Shown here: positions 22,633 to 34,885 of the stretch, one piece after another
Layout of the letters: each line of letters starts with the position of its first letter
How positions within the stretch are numbered: position 1 is the first letter of the stretch
Source of the DNA: Euprymna scolopes
Lineage: Eukaryota
Direction: 5' to 3' (one strand)
Length of the DNA: 64,000 nucleotides
Assembly: GCA_053919585.1 (NCBI GenBank)
Contig: CM132809.1
Position numbers and translations under genes: made by a program
The notes under the pieces: model-generated
What the model saw: the letters and a program-made list of their open reading frames with translations, nothing else
Databases searched by the model: none
Told to the model about the DNA's origin: nothing

Positions 22633-25600
22633 TCAATCTAATTTGTCACCATATTTTACATAAAATTTATCTATTCCAACCAATCGTATTGCTCTTGAGA
22701 TGTTATTTGCTAATTTCCAATCTCTTGGACCGTTATATAACGATTTGCTTACATCTTGAACTGCTTTGTACTCGCTTCCTGTCTCTGGAACCTTGACCGC
22801 CGCTCTGTACTGAGTTGCCTGGCCTTGAACCGCCGCTCTGTACTGAGTTTCCTGGCCTTGAACCGCCGCTCTGTACTGAGTTTCCTTGCCTTGAACCGCC
22901 GCTCTGTACTGAGTTTCCTGGCCTTGAACCGCCGCTCTGTACTGAGTTGCCTGGCCTTGAACCGCCGCTCTGTACTGAGTTTCCTGGCCTTGAACCGCCG
23001 CTCTGTACTGAGTTTCCTGGCCTTGAACCGCCGCTCTGTACTGAGTTGCCTGGCCTTGAACCGCCGCTCTGTACTGAGTTGCCTGGCCTTGAACCGCCGC
23101 TCTGTACTGAGTTGCCTGGCCTTGAACCGCCGCTCTGTACTGAGTTTCCTGGCCTTGAACCGCCGCTCTGTACTGAGTTGCCAGGCCTTGAACCGCCGCT
23201 CTGTACTGAGTTGCCAGGCCTTGAACCGCCGCTCTGTACTGAGTTGCCTGGCCTTGAACCGCCGCTCTGTACTGAGTTGCCTGGCCTTGAACCGCCGCTC
23301 TGTACTGAGTTGCCAGGCCTTGAACCGCCGCTCTGTACTGAGTTGCCAGGCCTTGAACCGCCGCTCTGTACTGAGTTTCCTGGCCTTGAACCGCCGCTCT
23401 GTACTGAGTTGCCTGGCCTTGAACCGCCGCTCTGTACTGAGTTGCCTGGCCTTGAACCGCCGCTCTGTACTGAGTTTCCTGGCCTTGAACCGCCGCTCTG
23501 TACTGAGTTGCCTGGCCTTGAACCGCCGCTCTGTACTGAGTTGCCTGGCCTTGAACCGCCGCTCTGTACTGAGTTGCCTGGCCTTGAACCGCCGCTCTGT
23601 ACTGAGTTGCCTGGCCTTGAACCGCCGCTCTGTACTGAGTTGCCTGGCCTTGAACCGCCGCTCTGTACTGAGTTGCCTGGCCTTGAACCGCCGCTCTGTA
23701 CTGAGTTTCCTGGCCTTGAACCGCCGCTCTGTACTGAGTTGCCAGGCCTTGAACCGCCGCTCTGTACTGAGTTGCCTGGCCTTGAACCGCCGCTCTGTAC
23801 TGAGTTTCCTGGCCTTGAACCGCCGCTCTGTACTGAGTTGCCTGGCCTTGAACCGCCGCTCTGTACTGAGTTGCCTGGCCTTGAACCGCCGCTCTGTACT
23901 GAGTTGCCAGGCCTTGAACCGCCGCTCTGTACTGAGTTGCCAGGCCTTGAACCGCCGCTCTGTACTGAGTTTCCTGGCCTTGAACCGCCGCTCTGTACTG
24001 AGTTGCCTGGCCTTGAACCGCCGCTCTGTACTGAGTTTCCTGGCCTTGAACCGCCGCTCTGTACTGAGTTGCCTGGCCTTGAACCGCCGCTCTGTACTGA
24101 GTTGCCTGGCCTTGCACCGCCGCTCTGTACTGAGTTTCCTGGCCTTGAACCGCCGCTCTGTACTGAGTTGCCTGGCCTTGAACCGCCGCTCTGTACTGAG
24201 TTTCCTGGCCTTGAACCGCCGCTCTGTACTGAGTTGCCTGGCCTTGAACCGCCGCTCTGTACTGAGTTTCCTGGCCTTGAACCGCCGCTCTGTACTGAGT
24301 TGCCTGGCCTTGAACCGCCGCTCTGTACTGAGTTTCCTGGCCTTGAACCGCCGCTCTGTACTGAGTTTCCTGGCCTTGAACCGCCGCTCTGTACTGAGTT
24401 GCCTGGCCTTGAACCGCCGCTCTGTACTGAGTTGCCTGGCCTTGCACCGCCGCTCTGTACTGAGTTTCCTGGCCTTGAACCGCCGCTCTGTACTGAGTTG
24501 CCTGGCCTTGAACCGCCGCTCTGTACTGAGTTTCCTGGCCTTGAACCGCCGCTCTGTACTGAGTTTCCTGGCCTTGAACCGCCGCTCTGTACTGAGTTTC
24601 CTGGCCTTGAACCGCCGCTCTGTACTGAGTTGCCTGGCCTTGAACCGCCGCTCTGTACTGAGTTTCCTGGCCTTGAACCGCCGCTCTGTACTGAGTTGCC
24701 TGGCCTTGAACCGCCGCTCTGTACTGAGTTTCCTGGCCTTGAACCGCCGCTCTGTACTGAGTTTCCTGGCCTTGAACCGCCGCTCTGTACTGAGTTGCCT
24801 GGCCTTGAACCGCCGCTCTGTACTGAGTTGCCTGGCCTTGCACCGCCGCTCTGTACTGAGTTTCCTGGCCTTGAACCGCCGCTCTGTACTGAGTTGCCTG
24901 GCCTTGAACCGCCGCTCTGTACTGAGTTTCCTGGCCTTGAACCGCCGCTCTGTACTGAGTTTCCTGGCCTTGAACCGCCGCTCTGTACTGAGTTGCCTGG
25001 CCTTGAACCGCCGCTCTGTACTGAGTTGCCTGGCCTTGAACCGCCGCTCTGTACTGAGTTGCCTGGCCTTGAACCGCCGCTCTGTACTGAGTTTCCTGGC
25101 CTTGAACCGCCGCTCTGTACTGAGTTTCCTGGCCTTGAACCGCCGCTCTGTACTGAGTTGCCTGGCCTTGAACCGCCGCTCTGTACTGAGTTTCCTGGCC
25201 TTGAACCGCCGCTCTGTACTGAGTTTCCTGGCCTTGAACCGCCGCTCTGTACTGAGTTGCCTGGCCTTGAACCGCCGCTCTGTACTGAGTTGCCTGGCCT
25301 TGAACCGCCGCTCTGTACTGAGTTGCCTGGCCTTGAACCGCCGCTCTGTACTGAGTTGCCTGGCCTTGAACCGCCGCTCTGTACTGAGTTGCCTGGCCTT
25401 GAACCGCCGCTCTGTACTGAGTTGCCTGGCCTTGAACCGCCGCTCTGTACTGAGTTGCCTGGCCTTGCACCGCCGCTCTGTACTGAGTTGCCTGGCCTTG
25501 AACCGCCGCTCTGTACTGAGTTGCCTGGCCTTGCACCGCCGCTCTGTACTGAGTTGCCTGGCCTTGAACCGCCGCTCTGTACTGAGTTGCCTGGCCTTGC

Positions 25601-26100
25601 ACCGCCGCTCTGTACTGAGTTTCCTGGCCTTGAACCGCCGCTCTGTACTGAGTTGCCTGGCCTTGAACCGCCGCTCTGTACTGAGTTTCCTGGCCTTGAA
25701 CCGCCGCTCTGTACTGAGTTGCCTGGCCTTGAACCGCCGCTCTGTACTGAGTTTCCTGGCCTTGAACCGCCGCTCTGTACTGAGTTGCCTGGCCTTGAAC
25801 CGCCGCTCTGTACTGAGTTTCCTGGCCTTGAACCGCCGCTCTGTACTGAGTTTCCTGGCCTTGAACCGCCGCTCTGTACTGAGTTTCCTGGCCTTGAACC
25901 GCCGCTCTGTACTGAGTTGCCTGGCCTTGAACCGCCGCTCTGTACTGAGTTGCCTGGCCTTGAACCGCCGCTCTGTACTGAGTTGCCTGGCCTTGAACCG
26001 CCGCTCTGTACTGAGTTGCCTGGCCTTGCACCGCCGCTCTGTACTGAGTTGCCTGGCCTTGAACCGCCGCTCTGTACTGGTTTCCTCTCCCTTGAACCAC
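22633..26100 (-). CDS. Possible repetitive ORF (QGQ[A/E]TQYRAAV)n; coding status doubtful
   Basis: Open for 1155 codons with a ~50-codon non-repeat tail. The track's start is GTG and there is an in-frame TAG just upstream. An open frame is expected from a stop-free 33-mer. Confidence 0.15.
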   Translation of the reverse strand: MVQGRGNQYRAAVQGQATQYRAAVQGQATQYRAAVQGQATQYRAAVQGQATQYRAAVQGQATQYRAAVQGQETQYRAAVQGQETQYRAAVQGQETQYRAAVQGQATQYRAAVQGQETQYRAAVQGQATQYRAAVQGQETQYRAAVQGQATQYRAAVQGQETQYRAAVQGQATQYRAAVQGQATQYRAAVQGQATQYRAAVQGQATQYRAAVQGQATQYRAAVQGQATQYRAAVQGQATQYRAAVQGQATQYRAAVQGQATQYRAAVQGQATQYRAAVQGQATQYRAAVQGQETQYRAAVQGQETQYRAAVQGQATQYRAAVQGQETQYRAAVQGQETQYRAAVQGQATQYRAAVQGQATQYRAAVQGQATQYRAAVQGQETQYRAAVQGQETQYRAAVQGQATQYRAAVQGQETQYRAAVQGQATQYRAAVQGQATQYRAAVQGQETQYRAAVQGQETQYRAAVQGQATQYRAAVQGQETQYRAAVQGQATQYRAAVQGQETQYRAAVQGQETQYRAAVQGQETQYRAAVQGQATQYRAAVQGQETQYRAAVQGQATQYRAAVQGQATQYRAAVQGQETQYRAAVQGQETQYRAAVQGQATQYRAAVQGQETQYRAAVQGQATQYRAAVQGQETQYRAAVQGQATQYRAAVQGQETQYRAAVQGQATQYRAAVQGQATQYRAAVQGQETQYRAAVQGQATQYRAAVQGQETQYRAAVQGLATQYRAAVQGLATQYRAAVQGQATQYRAAVQGQATQYRAAVQGQETQYRAAVQGQATQYRAAVQGLATQYRAAVQGQETQYRAAVQGQATQYRAAVQGQATQYRAAVQGQATQYRAAVQGQATQYRAAVQGQATQYRAAVQGQATQYRAAVQGQETQYRAAVQGQATQYRAAVQGQATQYRAAVQGQETQYRAAVQGLATQYRAAVQGLATQYRAAVQGQATQYRAAVQGQATQYRAAVQGLATQYRAAVQGLATQYRAAVQGQETQYRAAVQGQATQYRAAVQGQATQYRAAVQGQATQYRAAVQGQETQYRAAVQGQETQYRAAVQGQATQYRAAVQGQETQYRAAVQGKETQYRAAVQGQETQYRAAVQGQATQYRAAVKVPETGSEYKAVQDVSKSLYNGPRDWKLANNISRAIRLVGIDKFYVKYGDKLD
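22791..26098. repeat. 33-bp minisatellite, ~100 units (TTGAACCGCCGCTCTGTACTGAGTTKCCTGGCC)
   Basis: Direct reading. No indels in the body and three recurrent variant positions. It produces three long open frames. Confidence 0.97.
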
Positions 26101-26139
26101 TCTATACTAACATGCCCCCATTTGTACTGCCCCGAACTT

Positions 26140-26560
26140 ATTTGCTTTTCTCTTTAACCGTCTTTAACTGATTTGCTTTTCTCTCAAACCGTCTTTTACT
26201 GATTTGCTTTTCTCTCAAACCGTCTTTAACTGATTTGCTTTTCTCTCAAACCGTCCTTAACTGATTTGCTGCTCTCTCAAACCGTCCTTAACTGATTTGC
26301 TGCTCTCTCAAACCGTCCTTAACTGATTTGCTGCTCTCTCAACCGTCCTTAACTGATTTGCTGCTCTCTCAAACCGTCCTTAACTGATTTGCTGCTCTCT
26401 CAAACCGTCCTTAACTGATTTGCTGCTCTCTCAAACCGTCCTTAACTGATTTGCTGCTCTCTCAAACCGTCCTTAACTGATTTGCTGCTCTCTCAAACCG
26501 TCCTTAACTGATTTGCTGCTCTCTCAAACCGTCCTTAACTGATTTGCTTCTCTCTTTAAC
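26140..26560. repeat. 31-bp minisatellite, ~13 units (AACCGTCCTTAACTGATTTGCTGCTCTCTCA)
   Basis: Direct reading. The unit is alignable to the adjacent 33-mer. Confidence 0.93.
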
Positions 26561-27394
26561 TTCTCTATTGCGACTAAAATGTTATGTGTTTGTTTATAAG
26601 TTGAAAAACTTCCAAAACTCTATATAGGACTTTTATATCCAATTATTTTTACCTATCATAAAATAAACAAAGGTATCTTAGTTTTATTTTCAAGTTTTTG
26701 AGGGTTTTTTCAATTAGCAATTTCCTTATTTTCTTCTGTATCGAATTGATAAAGACTGTCTTTGTTATCCACGATGTACTTATATTTACAATTTAGTACA
26801 TTACGGATGAATAGATACAGGATAAATCCTATTCGTGGGTACTGAATGTTTCAGAGTATTAACACCAAATAGTAAGTCCTTAATCGTGTATTCAAATGTT
26901 AGTGAATAAGAATTTGAGTCAAAGTTTAAAAAAATTACCTCTGCGGTTCCTACCAAATTATTCAGCCAATTTTTTTGTCTAAATATTTGAAATTTTACAC
27001 GTATTCAGACATAAGGAAAGTTTTTTTTATCCGTCTTTTGCCGAAATCTTTGCTTCCAGGGGCCAAAGTCTAAACATACGATGGTTTTTATCCATGAAAA
27101 TCTTTATTTGGCCAATCAACTCTGGTTGTCTTGACTTCATTACTCATTCCACACCTCCCATCTTTAGCAAACTATTCGGCTAATTTTGGGTCTAAACATT
27201 TAAAATTTGACATAAAGTATATTCAGACATGTAGGAAGCTTTTTAATTTGTTTTTTTTAGCGAAATTTTGGCTGCCAATAGGTCTAAGTGTAAAGAGCTG
27301 CCATTTGCAGACATCAAGCTCCTCTGCCATATTTGAGTCTAAACACTTGAAGAGTTAGATGTAAGTTATGTGGACATGAGCCAAACTTTTTATA

Positions 27395-27722
27395 TCTTAT
27401 TATAAATTTTCCACTGTCTGTGTGTGTGACGCGGTTTATCTCCGCCTACAGGCAACTCACCCAGACAAGTTAGGTACCGAAATGAAGCTTATTACACAGC
27501 GGATGTTTTAGTGATATTTATATCCATGTTTGATGTATGGAAATGCAAAAACATGCAAGAAAATAACGATTTACTAAACAACGTTTTATTTACTGGATAT
27601 TTTTCCGGTACAAGGACCCAAGTTTGCCCAGCTGGGAAAACTTGGGTTCTTGTATATATACATATGAATATAAAGTTATGAACAGAACATAGAACCCGAG
27701 GAAAGCCGGGCTGATCTGCTAG
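27395..27722 (+). mobile_element. Short non-autonomous Helitron
   Basis: A|TC 5' end, 3' hairpin CCCGAGGAAAGCCGGG and CTAG|T end. Confidence 0.65.
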
Positions 27723-28304
27723 TATTTATAAAAACATTATTTTTGCACCAACCTAATAGTTATTTTTTAACTTATAAAAAGTTATATATGTCTATATTTT
27801 AATATATTATATTTTCAGGGGTTACTCTTAAGGTTATTTACCGATCATTATAACTTTTGGGACATATCTAATATGCTAAAAGAGTCTACAATTTGTTTTT
27901 GTTTAATTTGGTATTTTGCAAAGCAGTCAAACTGGAGCTGAAAGCTCACGATGAAATTTTAGATTCATAGTTATTTTATCTTGTATTTTACTTTTGAACA
28001 ATAAGTATTTGTCATCTATTAATTCACCAATTTTTAATAGTTTTATGGTAGTTTAAGGATTTTTAGGAGGTACAATCAAAAATTCTACATCAAAATATTA
28101 AAGATTTAGATGGAATTTAATGTTATGTATTTGAATTTTTTAGATTAAAGTACATATTTCTCCGTGAGTGTTATTTCCACAACGTTTCGATCGACATTCT
28201 TCTGGTGTCTACTCAAAAATCTTTCTGTCGACCTCAGGAGTTCACACACAATTTCGAACGGAACCCTTCAATAATGCTTGATTGTCGTAGCTAGTAAATT
28301 TCAA

Positions 28305-29045
28305 CAATGCAATCTCGACGTGAGGACAATTTAGAAGAACTATATGCGATAAAACTTTGTTTTAAACTTGGAGAAAATGCCACACAAACGTATGAAATGC
28401 TTTAGACTGCTTTTGGATAATTTTGCACGAATCAAGTGTCAGTTTTTTTAGGTAACATAGGGGATACAAGGAAGGCAGGGAGTCTGTGAGGGATGAGAGG
28501 TGTGGGATGAGTAATAAAGCCAGAAAACCAGAGTTGATTGGCCAAATAAAGATTTCCCTGGATAAGGACCATCGTAATGTTATGGAGACAATAAGTGCAC
28601 AGTATTACGTCAGTGTGGGAACTGTACACACAATTATTCGCGAGAAACTGAAGATGTAGCAAAATTGTGCGAAGTTTGTTCCAAGAGTATTCAGATAAGA
28701 CCAGTTCACAATGCCATCCTTGTAACCGACTATTTGGCCAAAATGGGCATCAAGGCAGATTCTCTCCCTCCCTACAGTCTAGATCTTGCTCCGTGCGACT
28801 TTTGGTGATTCTCTAAGCCCAATCTTAGAGGGTGTTGTCATGAGACAGATAAGGAGATGAAAGAGGCAGTAACGAGAGTCATAGACACGTTCAAGCGAGG
28901 ACTTTCATCGGGCCTTTCAGGAGTTGTTTGAATGGTACAAGTGCATTGCAGCCAGAGGAGATTACTTCGAATGGGACTAGATTATTATGGTGTGCTATCA
29001 ATAAAATTGTTCAAACGGAAAAAGTCTTGAGATTTATTGAAAGCA
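28305..29045 (+). mobile_element. Decayed mariner transposase relic, internally deleted
   Basis: Translated pieces YAIKLCFKLGENATQTYEML, PPYSLDLAPCDFW (YSPDLAP motif) and KCIAARGDYFE, with stops and frameshifts. Confidence 0.8.
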
Positions 29046-30229
29046 TTTAACATTCTAGATATAATAATAGCAAACCTCATAGCATGATTAAAATCATTCA
29101 AATGTCAGAGTTGCAAAACTATTCCATACGCAATAGGAGAGTGATTTTTTTGTGTGTGACAGATAGAAAATTTCTAGATCATGCATCACGAATAAGATTT
29201 TATTTTTAATGTAATTTTTTAAAAATTTTATATACATAGCTTTCAAAGTTATATTGTTTTATTTGCGAGTTTCAATTTTGTAAAATTGTAATTTTTTTTT
29301 TTTCTCATTTTCAAATTTGAAATGATATTTAACTTGTCCATTTTTTTTCTACGGTCCGTGTGTCAAATATAAATTGTAGTGTTCAGTATTTTCTTATTTG
29401 AAATCAATATACAGCGAAGCGGAAATGAATTTCGAGCAGCCATTGAACAAACTTCGTCCGGTCCGTTTGAATTGGCAGCGGGAATTGTCTCTCCCTCTAC
29501 CGTCACCAAATCACGTTTCAGTAATAGAAAAGCAAAGACACTGAAGTTCAGCCTGTGGACGTGATTCTATGTGATTTCGATGAATGCGTGATTTCAGTCT
29601 TTCTTTTTTCCTTTCTATTATTTCCATTTCTTATGAAGTAGAAAAGTTTTAAAATCTGGCTCAGAAATGACTTTTAGGGTTTGCTATTTTGGTTTCCAAG
29701 AACTGAACTGGGAATAATGGCACAAAAAAAAACAATTGTTTAGGTAGATTTGTCCCAATACTAAGCTAAAATTGTTACACAAAAGACTGGATTAGAAGGA
29801 TTATTTGATGTTGCCCGGGCATTGTATAAAACTATCAAAAATAAAAAAATGGTCAAATTGTTACTATTAAAAATTGGTACTCGACTGAGCTCCAATTGGT
29901 GATCACCACTATAAAATATTCAGAGTAAGAATCACTTAACTAAAACAATGATCAAGACTGCTTCGTTTTCTCTTTCTGTACCAGAACCAAACGAGGCTTC
30001 CATGAATACGTTTCTTTCTACAACATTTTATCTGTGAAATACAAAAAGTATAGCGAGACTGCTTTCCAACCGACTATAACATGATTGTTTTCAAGTTTAA
30101 CGTAACCAGATATGTTTAGTTCACCTTGAATATTCACGTTCTCTTAGGTCATCTTCAGCTTATTATAAACACAGTTGTTCATCCTATCATACGGAGGAAC
30201 AAAGTGTAGTATATGTTCTGATACTATAA

Positions 30230-30385
30230 CTTCATCTTTTCTCCCCTCGGTCAGTGAAGGAGAAAGCCTTCGTGATTGAGGCATTTTTCCCTATGCAGTG
30301 CCCCTTTTGGGAGCTGGATTCCCCACATTAAAAACCGATCTTGTATCTAACTCTGCCCTCGTGGAGAGACAAGTATGTAAACACC
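30230..30385 (+). mobile_element. Short retroposed repeat related to 48250-48415 and 48445-48840
   Basis: Shared GGGAGCTGG..CCCCACATTAAAAA.CG..CTTGT..CTAA 3' motif. Confidence 0.5.
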
Positions 30386-30429
30386 ATTGTCTAAAATCAT
30401 TTTAACATTTATTCAGGAGTGATCCCCGT

Positions 30430-31060
30430 GCCTTTATATGACATAGACATAGGAACGCTCGCATTTTGCGATGGATGATTTTTCAAAGTAAACCATCGCT
30501 TTCGATCTGAAGCCAGAAACACAAAATCCGTCCAATTTCTTCCTCTTGCAACACAACCCTCTTTCATTGTTTGTTCACAGGTCATTTTTTGTCTTTCGCC
30601 TTTTCCACCAGGGATCCGCTGGAGTATTCGTTTAATAATATTCTCTAGGACTAATCTTAGGTATGTCAGGGCCTAGATGTCATTTACAGATTATTGGCGG
30701 TAATACCTGTTGGTTAGTGCGATCTCTGACTTCTTGTTTGTTAATTAAATCGCTGCATTTGATTTCTAGAATCTCTTTTTATTAATCCTTTGCCAAAAAT
30801 AACAAATTATTAAAAAGAAAGTAATCCTTCACTACTTGGTCCAATAAGAACATTTCATAGCAATTATACAACTGGACTATTCTGTTCGGTCCTAGGAATT
30901 CCATCCAAATACGCCTTAGCTTTTCTATGAGCGGAAATTTAGATCTGGCTGATCGCTTAAGGCGACTTTACCAGAGAATGTCGACGGTGTTGCGCAGGCA
31001 TTTTTGTAAGTTACATTTCACATAACCAAGTTCACTGCTTTTCAAAGCCCCACCCGTCAT
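30430..31060 (-). mobile_element. Decayed RTE-like LINE 3' fragment
   Basis: Minus translation IPGGKGERQKMT.EQTMKE...W..LASDRKRW resembles the RTE C-terminal R-G-R-P...A-x-D-R-x-x-W region. Confidence 0.45.
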
Positions 31061-31896
31061 TGTGTCTAATATTCTATATGTTAATAAACATGTATGTACT
31101 ATTAAACTAAATGAGAATGTCTATTATTAATTTAAACAGATCTATCCTATTAATCTAAATAAATTCTATGTGTATTATTTTAAAATCAGTGTACACCTTC
31201 CAGAAAATGGTGAGCCGAAAACTATGTTCTGTAAGCATTGGTGCTAATTCTCATAAAATCATAGAATTGCACAAGTAGTTTAATTTTACGCATATTCATA
31301 CCTTATGTTTATTTCTGATTAATTAAAAAAAAAACATCGACTTTATTTAGAATGTCCACTTTAAACAAGAACAATGCCTGAACAGATATGCTGCGATTAT
31401 GAGAAATTTTTTATGAATTTAAACAGGATAAAANNNNNNNNNNNNNNNNNNNNNNNNNNNNNNNNNNNNNNNNNNNNNNNNNNNNNNNNNNNNNNNNNNN
31501 NNNNNNNNNNNNNNNNNNNNNNNNNNNNNNNNNNNNNNNNNNNNNNNNNNNNNNNNNNNNNNNNNNNNNNNNNGATGATTTTAGTCGGCAAATTTCTCGT
31601 CATCCTTTTTAGATTTCTGATTAATTTTTGAGTTTGGCAGATGAATTTGCGATACTGATTGTTTTTACTAGTACTTTTGATTACTTTTCGAGGGCCATCT
31701 CCATTGGTATGTATAGATTAAATAGCACGCACTTTTAATTTTTTTTTGTGATTGTATAGGTGTAAGCGGCTACGTTATTTTTAATATTATCACGGTATAA
31801 ACCTTAAATCCTTTAAAGATGTTTTCATCGTTATTGATATTAATTTTCTTAATTGTTGTCTCTTTCGATTCCAATATCTGTAGTTTTTGTTTTTGT

Positions 31897-33790
31897 AGCT
31901 TCCAATGCTCTAAGCTATTTCAGCTTCCACTATGTGTAGACTTTTCAGCTTCCACTATCTGTAGACCTTTCAGCTTCCACTATCTGTAGACCTTTTTAGC
32001 TCCACTATGTGTAGGCATTTTAGCTTCCACTATGTGTAAGCATTTTAGCTTCCACAGTCTGTAGGCTATTTAGCTTCCTTACATTTGAAGGCTTTTTTAG
32101 CTTCCACTATGTGTAGGGTTTATTTTAGATTCCACTATGTGTAGGGTTTTTTAGCTTCCAATATATGTTAGGGTTTTTTAGCTTCCAATATCTGTTAGGG
32201 TTTTTTAGCTTCCAATATCTGTTAGGGTTTTTTATCTTCCAATATCTGTTAGGGTTTTTTATCTTCCAATATCTGTTAGGGTTTTTTATCTTCCAATATC
32301 TGTTAGGGTTTTTTAGCTTCCAATATCTGTTAGCTGTTTTTTAGCTTCCAATATCTGTTAGGGTTTTTTAGCTTCCAGTATCTGTTAGCTGTTTTCTAGC
32401 TTCCAATATCTGTTAGCTGTTTTCTAGCTCCCAATATCTGTTAGCTGTTTTTTAGCTTCCAATATCTGTTAGCTGTTTTTTAGCTTCCAATATCTGTTAG
32501 CTGTTTTTTAGCTTCCAATATCTGTTAGCTGTTTTCTAGCTTCCAATATCTGTTAGCTGTTTTCTAGCTTCCAATATCTGTTAGCTGTTTTCTAGCTTCC
32601 AATATCTGTTAGCTGTTTTCTAGCTTCCAATATCTGTTAGCTGTTTTCTAGCTTCCAATATCTGTTAGCTGTTTTCTAGCTTCCAATATCTGTTAGCTGT
32701 TTTCTAGCTTCCAATATCTGTTAGCTGTTTTCTAGCTTCCAATATCTGTTAGCTGTTTTCTAGCTTCCAATATCTGTTAGCTGTTTTCTAGCTTCCAATA
32801 TCTGTTAGCTGTTTTCTAGCTTCCAATATCTGTTAGCTGTTTTCTAGCTTCCAATATCTGTTAGCTGTTTTTTAGCTTCCAATATCTGTTAGCTGTTTTT
32901 AGCTTCCAATATCTGTTAGCTGTTTTTAGCTTCCAATATCTGTTAGCTGTTTTCTAGCTTCCAATATCTGTTAGCTGTTTTCTAGCTTCCAATATCTGTT
33001 AGCTGTTTTCTAGCTTCCAATATCTGTTAGCTGTTTTCTAGCTTCCAATATCTGTTAGCTGTTTTTTAGCTTCCAATATCTGTTAGCTGTTTTTTAGCTT
33101 CCAATATCTGTTAGCTTTTTTTAGCTTCCAATATCTGTTAGCTTTTTTTTTAGCTTCCAATATCTGTTAGCTTTTTTTTTTAGCTTCCAATATCTGTTAG
33201 CTTTTTTTTTAGCTTCCAATATCTGTTAGCTTTTTTTTAGCTTCCAATATCTGTTAGCTTTTTTTTTAGCTTCCAATATCTGTTAGCTTTTTTTTTAGCT
33301 TCCAATATCTGTTAGCTTTTTTTTTTAGCTTCCAATATCTGTTAGCTTTTTTTTTTAGCTTCCAATATCTGTTAGCTTTTTTTTTAGCTTCCAATATCTG
33401 TTAGCTTTTTTTTTAGCTTCCAATATCTGTTAGCTTTTTTTTTTAGCTTCCAATATCTGTTAGCTTTTTTTTTTAGCTTCCAATATCTGTTAGCTTTTTT
33501 TTTAGCTTCCAATATCTGTTAGCTTTTTTTTTAGCTTCCAATATCTGTTAGCTTTTTTTTTAGCTTCCAATATCTGTTAGCTTTTTTTTTAGCTTCCAAT
33601 ATCTGTTAGCTTTTTTTTTTAGCTTCCAATATCTGTTAGCTTTTTTTTTAGCTTCCAATATCTGTTAGCTTTTTTTTTAGCTTCCAATATCTGTTAGCTT
33701 TTTTTTTAGCTTCCAATATCTGTTAGCTTTTTTTTTAGCTTCCAATATCTGTTAGCTTTTTTTTTAGCTTCTACTATGTGTAGGATTTTT
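31897..33790. repeat. ~26-31-bp minisatellite, ~68 units (AGCTTCCAATATCTGTTAGCTGTTTTCT and variants)
   Basis: Direct reading. Unit variants are arranged in successive blocks. Confidence 0.95.
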
Positions 33791-34885
33791 CGGAAAATAA
33801 AATGTCACATCTGTGAATTTTTAGTAGTCAAAAACGTAGCATGAAATAAACAACATAATGTCTGTTAACAGCATAAAATGTTTTATTCAGCAACAGAAAA
33901 TAGAATCGCGTCCGAGTGAAAAAGGAAGAGTTTAAGGTTTTCGTGTCCATCACCGGTCGGCCAGTAGTTATATTCTGGCGAAGATCAATACGCGTACTAT
34001 CCAGTGGTTGTAGACAGGAGAGATCAGAGATGACTTATTTTTATACTTGACAAATTCTCTTTGATGACCGACCGTTATCCTAAAGTGGCTTAATTATTTC
34101 TTCAGGAGACAAATGAAATCAATACTTCATTTAAGTTGATTGATTAGCCTTTGCCAATTCGCGTAGAATGAGCATTGATTCGCGGAAGGAAATAATTCTT
34201 TACTTTATGACTGTAACAGTCTTACTTTATTTTCATATTCTAATATAGGTTTATTGTCCAAGAAAATTGTTTGAAGTTTAGATACTCAACCTCTTAATAT
34301 GGTTCACAATTACTTATAAATTATCTGTATATTAATACCACAGTATTTTTAACAAACGGACGTACATGTCACGGTTTTCAGATTATTAACTGTTAGACCG
34401 AAAAATCCTATTCATTAAATAAGGGGATAGAAGTGATAACATTACGAACATAAAATTAGTATATAGATATACGCTAATTTTATGTTCGTAGTATGTCATC
34501 ACGTTGTATCCCACATTTTAATAAATAAGATCTCCCAATCACCGAAGACGCAATGTAAAAATTTAAATTAAAATAATAATACCGCTTTTGTTGCTCTAAA
34601 TATACTCTTGGTCTTCTGACTTTGATCCCAGGGTAATATTTGTTCTGCCAAAAAACGGTATTATGATATTGTGGGAATTCCGTTTGCGCCTTCGTCTATG
34701 CAATGGAAATATGTCACAGATTCCTATAAGGATATTGGTGATAAACCATAATAAGCCGATATATTCTGACACGAAATCAATTTGATCAATTAGATAAATA
34801 CTTTAACAAAAGGGCTAAAATTATATTGCAGGGTCTTCAGTCATGCGGAACGTTCACAAAATTCCTAGTAGCAATATATTACATA

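Noticed and set aside
22791-26098. CRISPR-like array
   Set aside because: Units are contiguous with no unique spacers, there are no cas genes, and the context is eukaryotic.
22756-26171. Plus-strand ORFs (LALNRRSVLSC)n and (PGLEPPLCTEL)n as genes
   Set aside because: They exist only because the 33-mer has no stop in those frames. They end almost immediately outside the array and have non-ATG starts.
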